From an uncultured Verrucomicrobiae bacterium (GTDB lineage: Bacteria > Verrucomicrobiota > Verrucomicrobiia > Chthoniobacterales > Chthoniobacteraceae), in the NCBI GenBank assembly GCA_963828525.1, contig CAWHEP010000009.1:128001-192000 (forward strand): 64,000 nucleotides of DNA. Reading direction: 5' to 3'. How positions within the stretch are numbered: position 1 is the stretch's first letter; each line of letters starts with the position of its first letter. Of this stretch, positions 52,426 through 62,172 are shown piece after piece. Both the position numbers and the translations under genes were made by a program. Below the pieces are notes generated by a model. It was not told the DNA's origin. It did not search any database and saw nothing but the letters and a program-made list of their open reading frames with translations.

Positions 52426-53553
52426 GTGGTTGAGCTGCTCCTCTATCGGTATCTTTTCGATACCTTTGCGTTCGTGATGGGCGCGGTTGTGGGGTCATTC
52501 CTGAATGTGTGCATCTACCGGCTGCCGCTGAACCTCTCGGTAAACGAGCCAAAGCGCTCTTTCTGCCCGCATTGCAAGAAGCAGATTCCGTGGAATGAGA
52601 ACTTGCCGCTGATCTCGTGGCTCGCGTTGCGGGGGCGGTGTTCTCAATGCGCAAAGGGTATTCCCTTCCGCTATTTTGGGGTGGAATTGCTGACGGCCGT
52701 CTTATTCTTGGGGATCTGGCTGAAGTTCCAATCGTCACCGGCGTGGTTCCTGACGTTCCCCTATTGGATTCTCGCCAGCCTGCTGATTGTCGCGACGTTC
52801 ATCGACTTCGAACACTTCATCATACCGGACGAGATTACCTGGGGCGGAACTGGCGCGGGTATCCTGTTAAGCTTGGCTCTTCCCGCGTTGATGGAGCAGG
52901 ATTCTTTCCTGGGCGGGCTGCTGTGGTCTGTGATCGGCGCGGCGAGTGGCTACGGCATCCTTTGGCTGGTGGTGGAACTCGGCAAAAAGGCGTTTGGGAA
53001 GAAGCGTCTCTCATTCGACAAGGAGGAGGAATTCGCATGGACGCGCGATGGAGAGGACGCGGAATTAGCCGTCGGTTCAGAGAAGATGGTCTGGAGCGAT
53101 CTCTTTTCGCGAGAGACAGACCGGCTCGAGATGGAATGCTCCCAGGTAAAGATCGGGGACGAAGCCCGCGATGATCGGAAGCTTGTGTTTTTTTACAACC
53201 GGGTTGTCTCCAGCGCCGGAGAGTTCGCGCTCGAGAAGCTGGAGCGGATAACGGGGCGAGTGACCGAGATCATCATCCCGCGGGAAGCGATGGGGTTTGG
53301 CGATGTGAAATTCATCGCCTCGATAGGGGCATTCCTCGGCTGGAAAGCCGTTCTTTTCACCATCGTAAGCGGTTCGGTAGCTGGAGCCTTGGTGGGGATG
53401 GGCGCCATCCTCGCCAGGCGGCGGGAGTGGTCTGCCAAAATTCCGTTTGGCCCCTACCTGGCTTTTGGGGCGCTGGCCTGGCTGTTCGCCGGGCCCGAGA
53501 TCCTCCTCTGGTACCTTCGGCTGGTCACGCCGCCGGAGATGCGAGCGCTGTGA
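52426..53553 (+). CDS. pilD: type 4 prepilin peptidase with a large inserted domain
   Basis: GSFLNVCIYRLP, CPHC/CSQC Zn site, FIDFEH, MGFGD, IPFGPYL. Confidence 0.92.
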   Translation: MVELLLYRYLFDTFAFVMGAVVGSFLNVCIYRLPLNLSVNEPKRSFCPHCKKQIPWNENLPLISWLALRGRCSQCAKGIPFRYFGVELLTAVLFLGIWLKFQSSPAWFLTFPYWILASLLIVATFIDFEHFIIPDEITWGGTGAGILLSLALPALMEQDSFLGGLLWSVIGAASGYGILWLVVELGKKAFGKKRLSFDKEEEFAWTRDGEDAELAVGSEKMVWSDLFSRETDRLEMECSQVKIGDEARDDRKLVFFYNRVVSSAGEFALEKLERITGRVTEIIIPREAMGFGDVKFIASIGAFLGWKAVLFTIVSGSVAGALVGMGAILARRREWSAKIPFGPYLAFGALAWLFAGPEILLWYLRLVTPPEMRAL

Positions 53554-54547
53554 GTGACTGGGCTTGTTCCTCGACGGCGGGTTCATCCTCCATCCACCCA
53601 CAGTAGGTTTCATGCATGGCTTCGCCGATTGCGCCAAGCCTGCTCTGAATCCTGTCGAGGTACTGATGGAGACCTATATTAAAGATGTCCGAAATGGTGC
53701 TGAAATCGATGTCGGAAGATAGACGGCCAGACAAGCGCTCCGCTTCATTCGCGTAATGAGAATGCTGGCTGCCTGACATGCGATGAAGCGCGAGATCAAG
53801 GCGATTCACGCAGAAACGGATCGAGCGCGGGAAAGTATCATGGCAAATGAGAAACTCCGCTACTTTCCAGGGAGCAACCTGGCCGATGTGCAACTTCCTA
53901 TAGGCCTCGAATCCGCTGCATGACTTCAGAACCGCCATCCACTGCACCGTGTCCAGATTTCCGCCGACCTTTTCGCCAGTTGGGAGCAGGAGGTGGTATT
54001 TGACATCAAGAATCCTCGATGTGCGGTCGCCGCGTTCGATGTATTTGCCAGCTTGGATGAAGTCCCAACCCTCTCCGTGAGTAAGAGTCGCATCGGTGAT
54101 GCCCTGAAAGAGGTGTGAACCTTCAAGGATGTTTTTGAAAAACTCGTAAGCGCTGCTGGCGAAAAGGCTGCGCGCCTCTTCGGACGAGATGAACAAGTAA
54201 AGCCTGTTGATCTGTTCCCACATCTCGCTGGAGATGTGCTCCCGCACCGTGCGGGCGTTTTCCCTGGCCCGGGCAAGCGAAGAGTAGATCGAGTTAGGAT
54301 TTTTCCGATCAAAAGAGACGAAGTCGACGACCGACTCGCCAGTGGCGACTTCGTGAAGCGAATAAAAGAGCTTTTGCTCCTCAAGAGAACTGATGATGGG
54401 CTCCCAATTTTCCCTCACCGACTTCGTGTTTTGATTTTCGAAGTCGAGCATGAGCTGAACGTTGACATCCAGAATGCGGGCGTTGTTCTCCGCCCGCTCG
54501 ATGTAGCGGCTCATCCAGTAGAGAGCGTCCGCAACCCTGCTCAGCAT
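53525..54547 (-). CDS. alpha-E domain protein (DUF403)
   Basis: [37 protein letters not shown]. Confidence 0.92.
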   Translation of the reverse strand: MLSRVADALYWMSRYIERAENNARILDVNVQLMLDFENQNTKSVRENWEPIISSLEEQKLFYSLHEVATGESVVDFVSFDRKNPNSIYSSLARARENARTVREHISSEMWEQINRLYLFISSEEARSLFASSAYEFFKNILEGSHLFQGITDATLTHGEGWDFIQAGKYIERGDRTSRILDVKYHLLLPTGEKVGGNLDTVQWMAVLKSCSGFEAYRKLHIGQVAPWKVAEFLICHDTFPRSIRFCVNRLDLALHRMSGSQHSHYANEAERLSGRLSSDIDFSTISDIFNIGLHQYLDRIQSRLGAIGEAMHETYCGWMEDEPAVEEQAQSLTALASPAA

Positions 54548-56013
54548 TCCTGGCTCCCGTTCTGGGTTCCTGGCAGATCATCGACCACCCAGGAATCCTT
54601 GCTCCCGCCGCCCTGGGAGGAGTTCACAACCAAAGAACCTTTCCGCAACGCGACTCGTGTGAGACCGCCGGGTATGATGGTGATCTTGTCGCCGTAGAGA
54701 ATGTAGGGACGAAGATCGATATGCCGGCCTTCAATGGACTTCTCACAATAAGCGGGAGCGCGGGAGAGTTGAACCACCGGTTGCGCCACGTAATTGCGCG
54801 GGTTCTTGACGATGAGCTCCCTGAATTTCTGCACCTCAGCCTTGGAGGCATGCGGGCCGATCAGCATGCCGTATCCGCCGCTCTCATTGGCGGCTTTTAT
54901 GACCAGCTCGGCTGTGTGCTCCAGGATGTAAGCGCGATCTTCGTCCCGCCCGGAGAGGTAGGTAGGAACGTTGGGGAGGATCGGATCCTGATCGAGGTAA
55001 AACTTGATCATGGCCGGGACGTAGTAATAGACGACCTTGTCATCGGCGACGCCGGTGCCAATGGCATTTGCGAGATTCACGTTGCCTTTGCGGTAAGCAT
55101 CCACAAGACCGGCAACCCCGAGCATGGAGTCCTTTCGGAAGACCAAAGGGTCCAGGAAATCGTCATCGATGCGCCTGTAAATCACGTCCACCTTTTTCAG
55201 GCCTTTTGTCGTCTTCATGAAGACGCGGGAATCGTTCACGACGAGATCGGCTCCGACTACAATTTCGATGCCCATGGATCTCGCGAGATAAGAGTGCTCG
55301 AAATAGGCGGAGTTGTAGATGCCAGGCGTGAGAAGAGCGACGGTTGGTTCAGCATTGCCGTCTGGAGAAACACTGCGGAGGAGAGCGACCAAGTCCTCCC
55401 CATAACGATCCACCGGTCTCACCGAATAGCGGCTGAAGAGGTTCGGGAACACCCGCTTCATCACCTGCCGATTCTCCAGCATGTAAGACACGCCTGATGG
55501 ACAGCGCGCGTTATCCTCCAACACGAAATATGTTCCGTCGGCGCCGCGGATGAGATCGGTCCCGCAGATATGGATGTAGATGTTCTTTGGAACATCGAAG
55601 CCCATGAATTCAGGCCTGAAATGCGCCGCTGTTTTAATGACTTCCTCCGGGATTACCTTCTCCCGAATGATGCGCTGGTCGTGATAGATATCGTGGAGAA
55701 AAAGATTGAGAGCGGTGATCCGCTGGGCCAAACCACGCTCGATAAGATCCCAGTCTTCGGAGGGGATGATGCGCGGAATCAGATCAAAGGGAAATATCCG
55801 CTCTGTACCCTCGTTATTGTTATAGACCGTGAAGGTCACACCCTGGTTCAGAAGGGTGTTCGCGGCCAGGACGCGCTTGCGGGAAAACTCCTCGCTGTCC
55901 ATCTCGCTGAAGCGCTCCAGGAGCTTGCGGTAGTGCGGACGGACGACGCCCGGCGCGGAAAACATCTCATCGTAAAAACCATCGCACTGATAATGCGAAA
56001 ACGATGCTTCCAT
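54541..56013 (-). CDS. circularly permuted ATP-grasp type 2 protein
   Basis: [66 protein letters not shown]. Confidence 0.93.
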   Translation of the reverse strand: MEASFSHYQCDGFYDEMFSAPGVVRPHYRKLLERFSEMDSEEFSRKRVLAANTLLNQGVTFTVYNNNEGTERIFPFDLIPRIIPSEDWDLIERGLAQRITALNLFLHDIYHDQRIIREKVIPEEVIKTAAHFRPEFMGFDVPKNIYIHICGTDLIRGADGTYFVLEDNARCPSGVSYMLENRQVMKRVFPNLFSRYSVRPVDRYGEDLVALLRSVSPDGNAEPTVALLTPGIYNSAYFEHSYLARSMGIEIVVGADLVVNDSRVFMKTTKGLKKVDVIYRRIDDDFLDPLVFRKDSMLGVAGLVDAYRKGNVNLANAIGTGVADDKVVYYYVPAMIKFYLDQDPILPNVPTYLSGRDEDRAYILEHTAELVIKAANESGGYGMLIGPHASKAEVQKFRELIVKNPRNYVAQPVVQLSRAPAYCEKSIEGRHIDLRPYILYGDKITIIPGGLTRVALRKGSLVVNSSQGGGSKDSWVVDDLPGTQNGSQEC

Positions 56014-56045
56014 CCTTAGAAAATCACCTGAAGAGAAACTCCCGG

Positions 56046-56570
56046 TCAGACCTCGACAAGGGGCAATCCAAATTCGCAAGGTTCGCTGCCGGAATCAAAC
56101 TTCGGGTAGAGGAACTTATCCGCTGGCGAGCCGCGTCTTGTGACCCCGGAAGCGTGAGACAATCCCGTGTCCCGCAACTGAGAGAGAGAGGAATAAAGGA
56201 GCGCCGAACCAAAACCGCGATTGCGATACTCGTTCAGAACGCATGGGCCTGATATTAGCTGGTTCTCAGCGCCGGGATCGCTTGTGAGAGCGGAAGCGCC
56301 AATCAGCCTGCCACCGTTGGTAAGCACCAGGAAATGAGCGGCTTTTTTTGAGAATGCCAGATCGATCTCAGACTCAAGGCGGTCGCGCAGTTCATCCAGA
56401 ATGTCGTTCCAGTCCATATCCAGAACAAACGAACCGAAGATAACCTCGAGAACCGCCGCTTTTTCGTCATTGGCAGCGGTTCTGATGCGATAGGGGGGAG
56501 TCGGCTCCAAACGCGCATGTGAAAGCCTCGCCAAATCCCAGGTAAAACGCGTCCATCTAACCAACTTCAT
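56046..56570 (-). CDS. GNAT-fold acetyltransferase-like protein
   Basis: [18 protein letters not shown] (acetyl-CoA motif A), FLYPKF. Confidence 0.7.
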   Translation of the reverse strand: MKLVRWTRFTWDLARLSHARLEPTPPYRIRTAANDEKAAVLEVIFGSFVLDMDWNDILDELRDRLESEIDLAFSKKAAHFLVLTNGGRLIGASALTSDPGAENQLISGPCVLNEYRNRGFGSALLYSSLSQLRDTGLSHASGVTRRGSPADKFLYPKFDSGSEPCEFGLPLVEV

Positions 56571-56671
56571 TTCGCACGCATCTTATATTGGATTGCCTGG
56601 AAAGCAATCAATTACGCGCGCCGCTCGCGGGGAAATCGGAAGACGCGGCGGGGCGAAATGGTTAAGAGGAT

Positions 56672-57796
56672 TCAGGCCGACGCGCAGGGCAGTATGACTT
56701 CCACCCTCGTCCCCTCGCCAACGCGGCTCTCCAGCAGGATACGTCCTCCGTGAGCCTCGACCACTGACTTGGCAATGGCCATCCCGAGACCCGTCCCGTG
56801 CGATTTCCCGAAGGTAACAAAAGGTTCAAAAATGCTGGCCTGAACCTCGGGAGCAATGCCGCAGCCTGTATCGCTGATCGACAGAATGACCTCACCGTTG
56901 AAACTGTTCACACCCACCTTGATGAGACCCCTCTTGGACATCGCTTCCATCGAATTCTTGATGAGATTGCACAGGACACGGACGAACCGTGGAAGATCAA
57001 TCCTCAAAGTTCCCGCGTAGCGGATATCTTTGACCACATGGATGTGAGCGGGGACTCTGCGCAGAATTTGGAAATCAAGCTCTTCCATGAGGCGCGTGAC
57101 AGAGACATCCAGGATCTGGATGCTGCTTTTGCCCCGGGAGAAATCGAGCAGCTCCTGGGTCATGCCTGTGATGTTTTCCAGGGATTTGCTGATCATGCCT
57201 GTGTATTCACAAGTCTCCGGATCGGTCGCCTTGGCGGCGATAAGTTCGCTGCAACACTGTATGACACCGATAGGGTTTTTCAGGTCGTGAATGATGTTGT
57301 TCGCCATGGAACCCACAAGCGAGAGACGCTCGCTGCGAGCAACCTCGGTGATGAAATGGGAGTTTACCCTGCGCAGTCGATCCACGACAGAGCGGAGAAA
57401 ATTCATGTGAAGCTCGCGGGGAGCAACTTCAAGAATCGCCTGGAAGGCGTGATCATCAAGACTCGCCAGGGTGGTGTGCTCGGCGGCGCAGGCTTGGGCA
57501 GAGCGCGGCTGGCCATCGAGCAGCGCCATCTCGCCGAAGAAACTGCCCGCTTCGATGTAGCTGAGGGTTTCCTGCTGGCCTCCGCGACCCGCTTTTGAGA
57601 TTTTCACGCGTCCCTGGCCGATCAAATACATGGCGTTCCCCACATCGCCTTCCGAGAAAATGACGTCACCTTGTTCGAACGTCAGGAGTTCCATCTCTGA
57701 GCTGATCTCGTCCAGGAGGTTGGAGGAGATGCCCGCGAACAGCTTGTTATTGGAAAAGTGAGCCATCTCGGGACTCTGATGCGCCTTGCAGATCAT
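56672..57796 (-). CDS. cytoplasmic cyclic-nucleotide-binding histidine kinase
   Basis: cNMP cassette FFGEMALLDGQPRSA; HisKA IIHDLKNP; N, G1, F, G2 boxes; no TM. Confidence 0.9.
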   Translation of the reverse strand: MICKAHQSPEMAHFSNNKLFAGISSNLLDEISSEMELLTFEQGDVIFSEGDVGNAMYLIGQGRVKISKAGRGGQQETLSYIEAGSFFGEMALLDGQPRSAQACAAEHTTLASLDDHAFQAILEVAPRELHMNFLRSVVDRLRRVNSHFITEVARSERLSLVGSMANNIIHDLKNPIGVIQCCSELIAAKATDPETCEYTGMISKSLENITGMTQELLDFSRGKSSIQILDVSVTRLMEELDFQILRRVPAHIHVVKDIRYAGTLRIDLPRFVRVLCNLIKNSMEAMSKRGLIKVGVNSFNGEVILSISDTGCGIAPEVQASIFEPFVTFGKSHGTGLGMAIAKSVVEAHGGRILLESRVGEGTRVEVILPCASA

Positions 57797-57820
57797 GGGG
57801 GTGTGTTACGACCGTTGTTA

Positions 57821-57836
57821 AGCACTGTCTGTACCA
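57821..57836 (-). promoter_or_regulatory. putative sigma54 (-24/-12) promoter
   Basis: Minus strand TGGTACAGACAGTGCT, GG-N10-GC, upstream of the cNMP kinase. Confidence 0.45.
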
Positions 57837-57845
57837 CACGCCTTG

Positions 57846-60800
57846 TTAGAACTTAGGAGCGCCCCCAAGCGGGGCGGTCGTGGCTCCGGCTCCGCCAAAT
57901 CTGCCGGAGGTGGACGCGTTTCCGCCGGAACCCGTGTAGTTCGCTCTGTTGGTGAACACACTGGCTGGAACTGAGCCGCCAACACTCACCACTCCTCCGT
58001 TTGCCACCGTCACCGTATCTCCCGCGATCGTCTTCATGCTGGCGCCACCCAAGGTGACATTGCCGTTGAAAAGCACCTGTCCATTGCTGCCAGGGGCATA
58101 GAGTTCGATCGCCGTATTGGCTGAGATGGTTCCGCCATTGATGACAAGCTGCCCGCCAGCGCCGAGGGCGCCGATCTTTACGACGTCAGCGTTCAGATTG
58201 GCATTCGTAAGGTTCACAGCGCCATTTGCGCCGTTATTTCGGACGTCCACAGTGCCACGATCGGCCCGGATGGTTCCCCCGTTCACGTTCACTGCTCCGC
58301 CGGCCGAGGAGAATTTGATGGTGCCGCCCGGACCGGGGGCGGCACCGCTGAGAAGCGAGAGCAACTGCGCGCTATTGGTAACTGAGATGGCAGTTCCTGC
58401 CGTGCTTCGGCTGTCGATAGAGATGTTGCCTCCCGACCTGCTCGCGCGTCCGGCAGTACTGTCGGAGACTTTTACGACCGCGCCTACATTGACGGTCCCA
58501 GCAGAGACCAAACTGACATTCCCGCCCGCGCCGCCTGTGAACAGCGCCGTGGCGTTCGCGCCGCTCGTGGCGGTGATGGGAGCATTGACCGTGATCGAGC
58601 CGGGAATTGGAGTTCCTGACGTGCCGATGTTCAGGGAGCCTCCGCTCCCGCCGGCGAAGCCGCTTAGGGCACTGGCGTCGCCCCCGTTCATGTTTACCCC
58701 ATTGATGCCCCCGGCATCCACCAACACCTGGGGCGCGAGCAAGGTAAGAGAGCCGCCCGCAGTCGGAGGAGTGAACAAAGCCGATGCATGCCCGGAATAA
58801 TCAATCCCTCCGAGAGCAACGATGGAAGAAGCCAAGATGGAATGAGCCACAGTAAGATCGGCCGAACGGATGGCGCCTGAAGCGGTGATACCGCCGGACG
58901 CGGACAGACTGCCGGCGGTGATGGCCCCGTTGACATCAATGGCGTCGAAGCCAAGGAGATCATAAGCTCCGGCACTGATACCGCCGGCGCCGACCTCGAG
59001 CCGGCCTCCGAGAACCGTCTGACTTGCCATGACCGCAAGGCTCGGAGCGAAAAGGTTCATGATCTGGACTGAACCGCCATTCTGGTTTAAGGCTGCGGCT
59101 CCGCCGGAGAATACTTGCAGGGTTTGCGCTGTGATGCTGCCGCCTACAGTCACCGCGCCTCCGCCGTTCAGAATTACGGCGCCGGCGTTGACGCTGGCTG
59201 TTGGCAGGAGGTTCACATTACCCGGGGCGTCCACGAAAAGGCTCGCCCCTGGCAAGCTGATGCCATCGCCCAAGGAGACACTGGATGCTCCTCCGCGAGC
59301 ATAGATGGACAAGAATTTAAAATTTCCCGGTGAAGCGCTGAAGCCCGCGGCCTGGAGGGAGATGGAGCCGTTGATCGTGCCAAGGAAGAGAGAGTTGACC
59401 GGGGAAAGATCTATGGAGAAAGGAAGGCCAGGTGAAGAGGTGATGGTGCTCGCCGCCACCAGGGCGACATCCTTGGGGTCCGGAGGTCCGCCCGCGATTT
59501 TGAATTGAGGCGCTCCGTTTATCGTCAGCGCCTGGAACTCCAGGACGGCAACTCCCGCCGTGGTTGGGAACGATTGCAAACCCTGCGACCCGAAGCTGGC
59601 GTCAAAGGAACGGGATTCATCATACGCCGTGTCGCTGCCAAAGAGGAAGTATGCAGCAGGCCCATCTTTTGCCAGCCCAGTATAAGGGTCTCCGGTCAAT
59701 TTGCCCGAACCCTTCGTCTGAATCGAACCTTTGTGGCCGCCAGTTTTTATCTGGCTCGTGGAATCAATGGAATAGGTTCCGGGGTTCACGGAAGGCAAGG
59801 CATCGACCGTTGATGACGGGGGCGGCACAGGATTGGGAGTGGCAGATGGGTTCGGCGTTGGATAAGGCGTGGGACCGGGAGGTGTGGGGGTCGGCGTCGG
59901 TGTGGGGGTCGGCGTTGGTGTGGGGGTCGGCGTTGGTGTGGGGGTCGGCGTTGGTGTGGGGGTCGGCGTCGGTGTGGGGGTCGGCGTTGGTGTGGGGGTC
60001 GGCGTTGGTGTGGGGGTCGGCGTTGGTGTGGGGGTCGGCGTTGGTGTGGGGGTCGGCGTTGGCGTGGGGGTCGGCGTTGGCGTGGGAGTCGGCGTTGGTG
60101 TGGGAGTCGGCGTTGGTGTGGGGGTCGGCGTTGGTGTGGGAGTCGGCGTTGGTGTGGGGGTCGGCGTTGGTGTGGGGGTCGGCGTCGGCGTGGGAGTCGG
60201 CGTTGGTGTGGGGGTCGGCGTTGGCGTGGGGGTCGGCGTCGATATAGGAGTTGGCGTCGGTGTGAGAGTTAGCGTTGGCGTGGGAGCTGGGGAGGTAGAA
60301 ACGGAGCTTTGATTCGCTGACGCAGCAGCGCCAGCCACCGGCGCGGGTGACGACTGACTTCTTACATCGAGGTTCGCAAGTTGCTGGTCGGTTAAAAGTG
60401 ATACCGTTGTTCCTTTGCCTTGAATTACAAGGTTGGTAGCGATGAGCCCGCCCTGGCCTTGGGAGACCTCCTGGGTCGTCATCTCAGTTTCGATCAGTCC
60501 CATGCTTGGAAGTTGGACCGCCGGTTTTTTGGGGGAATTGGAAAACAGGGCGGGATTGATCAATGTCGAAGTCTTTACGATATGCCGAATACTTACGTCG
60601 ACCGGGTCAGGTATCACTTTTGAGTCGGGCCGCATGATGAGCAGTTTACCGGGCTTCAGCAGCAATGTTTCTCCAAAGCGGCGGTTGAGGGACACCCGAA
60701 GACTTCCCTCCAACACTAGGATCTTGACGGCGTGGGCGGGGGTGTATTCGAAAAGGATGGTGGTGCCGGTGATGGAAGCTGTAACCGCGGCTGCGTGAAT

Positions 60801-61149
60801 CCTGGCTCCCCCCAAACCTTTCGGCACTTGCAGAAGCATCGTCCCCTGATCGAGGTTCATGTCCCGAGTACCCGGCGTGAAGCTGAAGAATGTTTCAGGT
60901 CCGAGGCGGGTAAGTGTATCATCCTGAAAGTGAAGTTCGGCGCGGGATTTCACACCGGTGCGAACTCCGAGGTCCGCCATTGATCACTTCTTGCAGAACG
61001 GCAGAGTGAGCGCCGCGCGCGGGATCGACAACCTTTACATCATTAATCAAGCGACTCAGGGTGGCCTGATGAAGAGGGCCAGCGAAGCTGGACGGGCGGG
61101 TCAGGACAAGGACCGCACAGATGGAGACAGCGAGTGATTTTGCGTTCAT
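57846..61149 (-). CDS. secreted FecR-domain protein with (PT)n linker and Gly/Ala/Thr/Asn-rich beta-helix-like C-terminus (frameshift near 60975)
   Basis: Signal peptide in 60919..61149 ORF; FecR-type VRTG.KSRAEL.F.D.TLTRLG...TASITGT; PT tract; haemagglutinin-like repeats. Confidence 0.82.
59881..60240 (-). repeat. about 20 x 18-bp tandem repeat encoding about 60 Pro-Thr dipeptides
   Basis: Plus-strand unit GGTGTGGGGGTCGGCGTY with synonymous variants. Confidence 0.95.
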
Positions 61150-61155
61150 GATTGG

Positions 61156-62097
61156 TTAGAAGCGAATGGTAGCGGTAACGTTGCAGCCCCCGTTAAACAC
61201 GCTGTAGTCAAAGGCGGACTGATTGGAGGAGTTCAGCCCGGCAAACGCGGAGCACCCGACCGTGATCCAACGGCACAGGCGGTAACGAAGGCCCAGGGAA
61301 AACACCTGGTTCCAATCGCGGCGATCTCCCTGGTAGGGGAAGAAGCCGAGCCGATAGGACGCATTGGCATCCACGCTGCGAGAAACCTGAAGCTGGTACC
61401 CCGCGTAAATTCCGAATTCGTCGCGCTGCGCGATGGTAGGAGCGGCCCATTCCACACTGGCCGAAGCGCCCGCCAGGACGCTCTGCGCGCGGCTTAAGGT
61501 AAAAACCTTTTCAGCATCGAGGGTGAGGGCGTGATTCCTCAGAATCTCGTTTCCATTCTCCCCGCTGATGAGGTCGGTGAAGTCATACCGCAAAGAGACA
61601 GTGATATCGCCAAGATTGCGCAGGTGACAGCTCAACCCAGCCCCCGCGTCGATGCTTTCGAAGTCAAGCTGGCTGTATTTATCGTAGCGGAATACGGCTC
61701 CCTGGAGAGAGAAGGTCAGGGTGAGATCAGGTGTCAGAGGGCGATCGTAGCCGAGGCCAAACACGCTATTCATCAGAGCGTCGCTCCGCTGGCCGCGACG
61801 CGCCAGCGCCACGTTGTTGGTGAAGAACGCAGACTCCGCGGCGAAAGCGGAAAAGGGCTGCCATTTTTCCTGATGTTTCAGTATCTGTTGGGAACCAAAG
61901 CTGTCGTCTCCGGCATTGCCAGTTTGCAGGTCCGAATCGAGCTGCGGAGCTGTCTGCGGACCTGCGGGCGCAATGTTGGGCGAAGTCCGAAAATTCCGCG
62001 ACTGCTCCACCTGAGGAGGCACGACTGCCTGGGCGAAAGTCGATTGCGCGCCCACGATGAACAGAAAGGCGCTGAAGACGTATTTACATTGTTGCAC
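61156..62097 (-). CDS. putative outer-membrane beta-barrel protein
   Basis: Signal peptide, alternating aromatic/hydrophobic strands, C-terminal Phe (VTATIRF); 6 nt upstream of FecR gene. Confidence 0.75.
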   Translation of the reverse strand: MQQCKYVFSAFLFIVGAQSTFAQAVVPPQVEQSRNFRTSPNIAPAGPQTAPQLDSDLQTGNAGDDSFGSQQILKHQEKWQPFSAFAAESAFFTNNVALARRGQRSDALMNSVFGLGYDRPLTPDLTLTFSLQGAVFRYDKYSQLDFESIDAGAGLSCHLRNLGDITVSLRYDFTDLISGENGNEILRNHALTLDAEKVFTLSRAQSVLAGASASVEWAAPTIAQRDEFGIYAGYQLQVSRSVDANASYRLGFFPYQGDRRDWNQVFSLGLRYRLCRWITVGCSAFAGLNSSNQSAFDYSVFNGGCNVTATIRF

Positions 62098-62108
62098 TAG
62101 TGGTGCTT

Positions 62109-62124
62109 AGCAGAACCCATGCCT
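62109..62124 (-). promoter_or_regulatory. putative sigma54 promoter for beta-barrel/FecR operon
   Basis: Minus strand AGGCATGGGTTCTGCT, GG-N10-GC; predicted +1 falls at or next to GTG 62097. Confidence 0.55.
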
Positions 62125-62143
62125 TAGGCAGAGCTCAGATCAG

Positions 62144-62159
62144 TGGCATGGATAACGCT
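62144..62159 (+). promoter_or_regulatory. putative sigma54 promoter for CHASE2 cyclase
   Basis: TGGCATGGATAACGCT, GG-N10-GC; predicted +1 about 3 nt before ATG 62173. Confidence 0.5.
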
Positions 62160-62172
62160 TTCTCATCCAAGG

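Noticed and set aside
59881..60240. Tandem repeat as a possible CRISPR array
   Set aside because: Contiguous 18-bp coding units, no unique spacers, no cas genes
59869..60312. 147-aa poly-(Gly-Val) ORF and overlapping (WGSALV)n ORF on the plus strand
   Set aside because: Antisense shadows of the PT repeat inside the FecR gene
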